From a virus (Duplodnaviria > Heunggongvirae > Uroviricota > Caudoviricetes > Ackermannviridae): a stretch of 64,000 nucleotides of DNA. A program made the position numbers and the translations under genes. Every line of letters begins with the position of its first letter. The first letter of the stretch is position 1. The stretch lies in the IMG/VR virus record IMGVR_UViG_2974515140_000001, positions 31,280-95,279 of that record; one strand, given 5' to 3'. The notes under the pieces were generated by a model. That model saw only the letters and a program-made list of their open reading frames with translations. It did no database searches and was not told the DNA's origin. This document shows, in pieces, positions 58,538-64,000 of this stretch.

Positions 58538-58568
58538 AACCCCACATTACGTGGGGTTGGAAGATTTC
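58538..58568 (-). terminator. rho-independent terminator (minus strand)
   Basis: Minus-strand reading ccccacgtaatgtgggg followed by ttttcttt, downstream of gene 58708..59514. Confidence 0.5.
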
Positions 58569-58707
58569 TTAGACAATCTAATTTTCAGTGTCTCGGTAAG
58601 CAAATCAAGATGCCACGGCATCGATTCACTGATTTCAAATATGCTATAGCCGTGTGCCTTTAATTCGTCACACATCACAAAATAGGAGAGTAAATCAATT
58701 TCAAAAA

Positions 58708-59514
58708 TTAAATGAAAATCTCGGTGACACTGTTAAATTTGACTTCGTGTTCTTTCCCACACGAAGGGCATTTAATTTTTGTCGCGTAACGAATACGCGG
58801 AATCTTTTTAAAGAAATCATTCGAAATGTCCTGAACAATCTCAGATTCAATATTGTCCCCGACCCATTTGACAAATTCATCCTTAATGCGTTGGCGTTCT
58901 TTAGCAACTTCTGGATCGATACCAGGTTCAGCCGGATTTTCCACCTTCCAAACCTGACCATCGTCGTCATACAAACAATCGATAAAGGTGGCAATCATTT
59001 GTTCAACAGAGGATGCTTCATTAAGCACTGAGGCATCCGAGAAGGACGGCTGGCGCATCTTTATATGATAACCACCTGGTAGATCAAACGTCTCCCTGAA
59101 GCCTTCTGGGGACACGCATTTTACCTGATTGAGCGGGATCGGTAACACAAGCTCTTGACCACAATCTTTAAGGCCAGAAACTGGTTCTTCACCACCTTCA
59201 TTGGTTTCGGCTTGAACTTTGTTATTACATTTGTAACGTATCTTCATGACCTCGCCGATAGATATACAGCGCATCTTTAAAAATACTTCTTCAGTAACAC
59301 CGATTGGCAGTTTACTAAAGGGAACGCCAGCATCAACACAACTGTCAAATAGTTGCTCCAATGTTGCCACGCGCTCACTCATAGGAGTGTTCGGATCAGC
59401 AACCTGAAGTAACATGGTCTGTTGCCCTGCTGTAAAGGCGCGGTATTTGATCACAGTCGGCCAGAAATCACTTTTATGTGTTCTCTCAGTTTTGGGCAAT
59501 GATGGTAAATTCAT
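58708..59514 (-). CDS. baseplate hub subunit-like protein (gp26/gp51 region) with C-terminal zinc ribbon
   Basis: Sits in the 25-26-51 block. C-terminal CPSCGKEH. An exact late promoter lies upstream. Confidence 0.35.
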   Translation of the reverse strand: MNLPSLPKTERTHKSDFWPTVIKYRAFTAGQQTMLLQVADPNTPMSERVATLEQLFDSCVDAGVPFSKLPIGVTEEVFLKMRCISIGEVMKIRYKCNNKVQAETNEGGEEPVSGLKDCGQELVLPIPLNQVKCVSPEGFRETFDLPGGYHIKMRQPSFSDASVLNEASSVEQMIATFIDCLYDDDGQVWKVENPAEPGIDPEVAKERQRIKDEFVKWVGDNIESEIVQDISNDFFKKIPRIRYATKIKCPSCGKEHEVKFNSVTEIFI

Positions 59515-59542
59515 AATGTATCTCCACGGTATATTGTAATTG

Positions 59543-59550
59543 TATTTATA
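59543..59550 (-). promoter_or_regulatory. late promoter TATAAATA (minus strand)
   Basis: Plus-strand tatttata reads TATAAATA on the minus strand, 29 nt upstream of ATG at 59514. Confidence 0.5.
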
Positions 59551-59563
59551 ACGAGGACTGAAA

Positions 59564-60088
59564 ATGCACGCGTTCTGTTTCAGTAAAGTGGGGGAGCAAC
59601 TCGCAATTAATTATCCGGATGCAAACACGGACTTTTTTGTATTACTCACAGATTTTGCAAATAAATTGGGGATAAAGAATGTCGCCATGACCGTGTCCGA
59701 TATGAAATTCGGGTGGCTGGGAGTTAAAGATTTATTGAATTATGGATTCAATGTGATTATCGTTGATCCAACGTACAGCCCAATTGAAGAGGATGATGTT
59801 ATTCCGGTTTGGGTGCAACGAGACATAAACACTCTGGATAAGCATTATCCCGATTGTGTCATCATTGGCGAATTAATACCATATTTTCATAAACGTCGTC
59901 GCCTTGAAACAATTAAAAGTTATTTTCAAGATAATGATTGTGGATATAAAATGGATGTCCTTACGAGCGGTTGGGTTGTGAAGAATACCACAGGCAATGC
60001 CGACCGAATTACTTCTCGTCTTTATGAATATGTTAAAGAACGGGATTATGAACTGGAGAACAATAATGCCAAACGTAGAACGCGCTGA
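59564..60088 (+). CDS. hypothetical protein
   Basis: 174 aa, divergent from the baseplate block. Confidence 0.45.
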   Translation: MHAFCFSKVGEQLAINYPDANTDFFVLLTDFANKLGIKNVAMTVSDMKFGWLGVKDLLNYGFNVIIVDPTYSPIEEDDVIPVWVQRDINTLDKHYPDCVIIGELIPYFHKRRRLETIKSYFQDNDCGYKMDVLTSGWVVKNTTGNADRITSRLYEYVKERDYELENNNAKRRTR

Positions 60089-60551
60089 TATTCAGCAGGT
60101 ACAAGACGTCATCCTTCAACGCCTTCGCGCTGTGATCACAAATGAAAAGGGAGAAATTGCGCCAGGGTTTGAAGGCGCATTCGACGGTTTCGTTGCTGAT
60201 GATCAGGGGAACCCCGTTGTACAAACGATCGCTGGCATGATTATGCTGAATAGCGAATTTATGGCTGATGGTAAAATCCATTATTCGCCCAATCTCAGTG
60301 TTGACGGAGAATCTTTGGCTTCCGAAGTGGTTGATTTAACGGTTGCCGTTGGTGAGTTGGGTTATGTTTTGATGGTTTGCACCGCGCATTATGTGGACGC
60401 CAACGGCCATGTGTCATATGGTGATGAAGCGCGGGGGATCAAACGTCATGTGGACACTTCTGCATTACTGCAACAGATACGTCAGATGCAAGAAGAAATG
60501 GACTCCAAACCTCGCCTGATTTTACCGGAAAGCAAAATCGTCACCAGATAA
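60066..60551 (+). CDS. hypothetical protein
   Basis: In-frame ATG in ORF 59997..60551 (MPNVERADIQQ). Confidence 0.4.
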   Translation: MPNVERADIQQVQDVILQRLRAVITNEKGEIAPGFEGAFDGFVADDQGNPVVQTIAGMIMLNSEFMADGKIHYSPNLSVDGESLASEVVDLTVAVGELGYVLMVCTAHYVDANGHVSYGDEARGIKRHVDTSALLQQIRQMQEEMDSKPRLILPESKIVTR

Positions 60552-60600
60552 TCCGGTCTAAATACCCATAACACGATGAAACTTCGTTATGGGTATTTTT

Positions 60601-61200
60601 ATGAAATTTTGCGGAATCGACTATTCTTACGGCTGTCCAGCCATGTGCTTCTGGGACGACAAAGATCCTCTGGATTTTGATCATCTTCATTTCTATGCAC
60701 ATCATACCGTTGAGAAGCACTGTCGTCAAGTGCGACACAATATTCTTATTTTACGTCAACCCAAATATGAATCCCCCGAAGAACGGTTTTATAACATTTC
60801 CAAATGGGCTGAAGCCGTACTTCTTACAGAGAAGCCGGATTTCATCACCCTAGAAGGCTATGCTATGGGGAATTCAAAAAACTCCAACAACATATGCCAA
60901 ACCGCCGAGAACACATCTCTATTGAAACAAGCGATGCGCCGTAACAATATGGAATTTCAGATTGTTACCCCGTCTTTTGTTAAGAAACATTTTTGTGGTA
61001 AAGGAAATGCCGACAAATTGGTCATGATAGATCACTTTGAGAAGCTGTTCAACGTTAAGATGCGCGGTATAATGGACATGTTGGATGTGAAGGATCCAAA
61101 GCCAATCGATGACCTCGTGGATTCGTTTGCAAATATGGTTTCTGGTCCTTACTTCATAGAAAATTATCCTGATTTCAATAGAGGTGTAAGAAATGATTAA
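60601..61200 (+). CDS. RuvC/YqgF-fold Holliday-junction-resolvase-like nuclease
   Basis: KFCGIDYSYG supplies the first catalytic Asp in the GID context. ITLEGYA and KGNADKL give further acidic positions. Confidence 0.35.
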   Translation: MKFCGIDYSYGCPAMCFWDDKDPLDFDHLHFYAHHTVEKHCRQVRHNILILRQPKYESPEERFYNISKWAEAVLLTEKPDFITLEGYAMGNSKNSNNICQTAENTSLLKQAMRRNNMEFQIVTPSFVKKHFCGKGNADKLVMIDHFEKLFNVKMRGIMDMLDVKDPKPIDDLVDSFANMVSGPYFIENYPDFNRGVRND

Positions 61201-61489
61201 CTACTGGCTGCTGGCAGATATACTGCTTTTCGCCTTGCTGTTGATGACGGCGTTTGTTTGGATTAAGGGATTCTTGACATTCCTTCATTCATTAAGTGCC
61301 ATGGTATCTTTCTATGCGGTTTCACCACATAGTGACGTCAATGTAAGAGCTGCAAATCAATCTGATATGTTGGCCGAATATGTTTTGCTGCGTGATAAAG
61401 CAAGCAGGATTGTCCTGTTTTCTACGCTGGTGGGAGCAGTTATTATATTTCTACGACACGTATTGGAGGCGATTCATGCCGTTTTATGA
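61193..61489 (+). CDS. small membrane protein
   Basis: Two or three predicted TM helices. Confidence 0.4.
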   Translation: MINYWLLADILLFALLLMTAFVWIKGFLTFLHSLSAMVSFYAVSPHSDVNVRAANQSDMLAEYVLLRDKASRIVLFSTLVGAVIIFLRHVLEAIHAVL

Positions 61490-61721
61490 TTATGCCTGTA
61501 CAGGTTGTGGAAATTCGTTTAGTGCTCGAAAATCTTGTGCTGAACGTCACACGCCTGAATTAGAGCCATGTTCTGAATGTGGCGGCGAAATAAAAATGAT
61601 TATCGGAGCACCAAAGATCGTATCTGGTGTTCGTGGTCCTCAGTCCGCGCCTGATGGCTTCAAAGACGTTTTGCGTCATATTAAGAAGCAATCAGGGAAG
61701 GGGAATACAATCGATGTCTGA
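61476..61721 (+). CDS. FmdB-family zinc-ribbon protein
   Basis: MPFYDYACTGCG...CSECGG matches the FmdB consensus MP.YEY.C..CG...C..CGG. Confidence 0.6.
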   Translation: MPFYDYACTGCGNSFSARKSCAERHTPELEPCSECGGEIKMIIGAPKIVSGVRGPQSAPDGFKDVLRHIKKQSGKGNTIDV

Positions 61722-61956
61722 TCAACAAATAGCACAAGTGCTCACACCAGATTCTTTTTCTGAATTGGTGTTGATGAGAGCAAGCCAACGCAAGGAATCA
61801 ATCCTTGAAACGATGGCCAGTGTTTGTGAAGAGTATGACATCGAAGAAGCAAAGGTCAAAAAATTGATCACGCCTCCTCTTCTGTCAAGGCTAACAGCTG
61901 AATGTTCTGATGCTCGGTTGTTGAAGGGTGAATTGAAATCTAAAAAACTCATTTAA
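61714..61956 (+). CDS. late transcription accessory protein gp33-like
   Basis: 80 aa. Its C-terminal half tracks the T4 gp33 pattern. Sits next to gene 32 as T4 gene 33 does. Weak. Confidence 0.35.
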   Translation: MSDQQIAQVLTPDSFSELVLMRASQRKESILETMASVCEEYDIEEAKVKKLITPPLLSRLTAECSDARLLKGELKSKKLI

Positions 61957-61965
61957 GGTTGTAAC

Positions 61966-62205
61966 ATGAGCAAAGAGCAAATCTATAAAATGTTGAAGGC
62001 GCAAGAGTATCTGCCAGGTTCTATCCGCTGGCGTCACGGTAGCCTCAATGAACATGCTGATGATATGGATCGTGTACGTTACACGACGCCGGAAGGTAAA
62101 TCCTATGTCATCGAATACCATACATTCTTGGAAGGACACAAAACCTTCTCAGATGTGTACGACATTATTGAAATAGACCCAGCAAAACAAATGATTGCAG
62201 GTTAA
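61966..62205 (+). CDS. hypothetical protein
   Basis: 79-aa ORF. Confidence 0.4.
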   Translation: MSKEQIYKMLKAQEYLPGSIRWRHGSLNEHADDMDRVRYTTPEGKSYVIEYHTFLEGHKTFSDVYDIIEIDPAKQMIAG

Positions 62206-62300
62206 CTCAATAGCAAACGCAGTATAATTACACCGTCGGAATAATTGACAAATACATTTACAGAATAGCCCGAAGGGGCGGATTATAGAGGAATATTAAA

Positions 62301-63332
62301 ATGGGTAATTTATTTGATCGTCTTAAACAATCTCGTGGCCAACAAGCCGAAGCTATGCAACAGCGACTCGCTCAGCAAGGCCAGCGTGTTGGTGGCGGTC
62401 GTGACCCACGCATCTGGAAGTGGACCTGGAATGATAAGGGTACTTCTGAAAACATCATTCGTTTCCTGCCGATCCCTTTGGTGGACATGAAGGCTCAAGA
62501 AGAAGGCACCATCCCTGAAGATGCTGTGTTAACTCCGTGTGCCATGATCATGAAACACGCATTCCAGGGCGCTGGCGGCTGGTATATCGAAAACTCTCCG
62601 CAGACTTTCGGTAACGATGATCCTGTTCGTGACCATGACCGTCCTCTGTGGGCACAACAGAAAGAAACGAATGATGAAAAGCTGAAAACAGTTCTCAAAA
62701 AACGTCTGCCGGACACCAAATACTACGCCAACATCCTGGTGATCAAAGATGGCAACAATCCGGAAAACAACGGCAAGGTCTTCTTGCTTGAGTTCGGTAA
62801 TGCCGTCAAGAAAATCCTGGATTCGGCTCAGAATCCTAAGTTCTCAACTGACCCTAAATTCGACCCGTTCGATATGTGGGAAGGCGCGAACCTGATTCTG
62901 AACCTCTTTGGCGAAGAGAAAGAGTTCGGCAACTGGAAAGGTCTGGTGGCCAACTTCACCAATGTGAAGTGGGATACTCCGGCACCTTTGGGGACAGACG
63001 AATACATTGAAGAGATCTGGGAAAAAGAACACAGTCTGTTTGAGTTCTTTAATCCGGCCAACTTCAAATCGTACGAAGATCTGGAAAAACGTTTGCGCAA
63101 AGTTCTGGCCATCCCTGATAATCAGCCTCTGGTTGAAGGTGGTGCTTCTACTATGGCACATGCGCCTACCCAGTCTCAGGAACCCCAGCGCCCAACAGCG
63201 CAGGAAAGTCTGAACCAACAACAATCTCAGCCTTCTAATGCACAGCAATCTGTTCCAGCCAATAATGGTGGTGCCGATGCGAAACAGACGGCTTCCATTG
63301 ATGAGTTCGAGCAGTTCCTGAAGCAAGACTAA
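62301..63332 (+). CDS. 32: single-stranded DNA-binding protein gp32
   Basis: IRFLP, GKVF..F and PWEGANL blocks plus an acidic C-terminal tail as in T4 gp32. Confidence 0.85.
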   Translation: MGNLFDRLKQSRGQQAEAMQQRLAQQGQRVGGGRDPRIWKWTWNDKGTSENIIRFLPIPLVDMKAQEEGTIPEDAVLTPCAMIMKHAFQGAGGWYIENSPQTFGNDDPVRDHDRPLWAQQKETNDEKLKTVLKKRLPDTKYYANILVIKDGNNPENNGKVFLLEFGNAVKKILDSAQNPKFSTDPKFDPFDMWEGANLILNLFGEEKEFGNWKGLVANFTNVKWDTPAPLGTDEYIEEIWEKEHSLFEFFNPANFKSYEDLEKRLRKVLAIPDNQPLVEGGASTMAHAPTQSQEPQRPTAQESLNQQQSQPSNAQQSVPANNGGADAKQTASIDEFEQFLKQD

Positions 63333-63338
63333 TTTCGC

Positions 63339-63368
63339 TAAAGCCCCTTCGGGGGCTTTTTAGTTTTT
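63339..63368. terminator. bidirectional rho-independent terminator (UUCG loop)
   Basis: aaagccccttcgggggcttt flanked by T-runs. It lies between convergent gene 32 and the minus-strand ORF. Confidence 0.65.
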
Positions 63369-64000
63369 AACGACGTCCTGCAACAATCCGAGTAAACTAC
63401 TCTTCTCAGACGCCGTCAGGTTATCATTGCCTAATATATCCCTCTGGATGCCGATAGAGATCCTTTCGAAATCAGCCAAGCTGATACCAGCCAGATTGTT
63501 TACAAGCTGATCGAGTTGCTTATAAGCCAGCAGGGCTTCACCTGTGAAGTTTCCTTCTTTGATCTTTTTATACAGCTGTCCGGCTTTTGACGCAGCGGTT
63601 TCCCAGTCTCCGGAAGCAAGAGCATCAGTAATACCCAAAGGAAGAAAATCGCTGGCGAGGCTGCGCGTTTCATATTCAGTCTCCGATAATACTTTGTTAT
63701 AAGAAAAGGAAATGTTGTACTGATTAAATTGATCGGCGGCGCTTTTATCCAGATCTATAGAACTGAAGTTGATGGGGTGAGCCTCAGTCACATAAACGCG
63801 ATGAACAACCTGATCTTCTGTATCCATTTGCTCTATACAAATATCGGTCACGAAATCTTCATAATAACCCATCTTGGTTGTGTATGGGTCGAATATCAGA
63901 TTCTTCCATTTGTCCATGACCGACTTTTCATAATAATCGTTGGCGAGGAGGAACGACAACTCCAGATCAATGTTCGTCTTGTTGTTCGGCATTTTAATGT
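63360..64000 (-). CDS. hypothetical protein (minus strand, probably extends beyond window)
   Basis: ORF 63360..63992 with no in-frame stop before the window edge. Confidence 0.4.
   Translation of the reverse strand, partial: IKMPNNKTNIDLELSFLLANDYYEKSVMDKWKNLIFDPYTTKMGYYEDFVTDICIEQMDTEDQVVHRVYVTEAHPINFSSIDLDKSAADQFNQYNISFSYNKVLSETEYETRSLASDFLPLGITDALASGDWETAASKAGQLYKKIKEGNFTGEALLAYKQLDQLVNNLAGISLADFERISIGIQRDILGNDNLTASEKSSLLGLLQDVVKN

Noticed and set aside
1-64000. CRISPR arrays, IS elements or transposases, integrase or prophage att sites, rRNA
   Set aside because: No spaced direct-repeat arrays, inverted-repeat-flanked transposase ORFs, tyrosine or serine recombinase motifs, or rRNA-like sequence were seen. 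The window is lytic-phage DNA throughout.

Overview
This window is a segment of a T4-like (Tevenvirinae/Straboviridae-type) myovirus genome, almost all coded on the + strand. It carries a T4-syntenic head morphogenesis module (portal gp20, gp67/gp68-like core proteins, gp21 protease, gp22 scaffold, a short 440-aa gp23 major capsid protein). It also has replication and recombination genes (UvsW, gp45 clamp, gp44/gp62 clamp loader, RegA, gp55 late sigma, gp47/gp46 Mre11-Rad50-like nuclease, gp61 primase, gp32 SSB, gp33-like) and nucleotide metabolism genes (NrdA, NrdB, NrdH-like, PhoH). An endolysin and a minus-strand baseplate block (gp25, gp5-like hub with a CHAP domain, hub subunit) complete the core set. 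Several accessory islands of small or uncharacterised genes lie between these conserved modules. Regulation looks T4-like: early promoters (GTTTAC-N16/17-TATAMT) sit directly behind rho-independent terminators, late promoters are TATAAATA or the variant CTAAATAC, and many genes overlap by ATGA/TAATG for translational coupling. The most notable accessory content is a terminator-bounded island at 19.1-25.8 kb. It holds a 671-aa unknown protein, a DUF3268-like zinc-finger protein, a RyR-domain protein, a 739-aa protein with an N-terminal von Willebrand A domain, and an ACP-like acidic protein whose phosphopantetheine serine is replaced by aspartate. A second island (25.8-32.3 kb) codes exported, membrane, LysM and SPFH-lipoprotein products and has two apparent frameshift sites. 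A third region pairs an HU-like histone with a DinG/XPD-like Fe-S helicase. No rRNA, tRNA, CRISPR array or transposase was recognised. ORF coordinates follow the supplied track. Starts I re-picked and all regulatory-site coordinates are hand-counted and may be off by a few bases.
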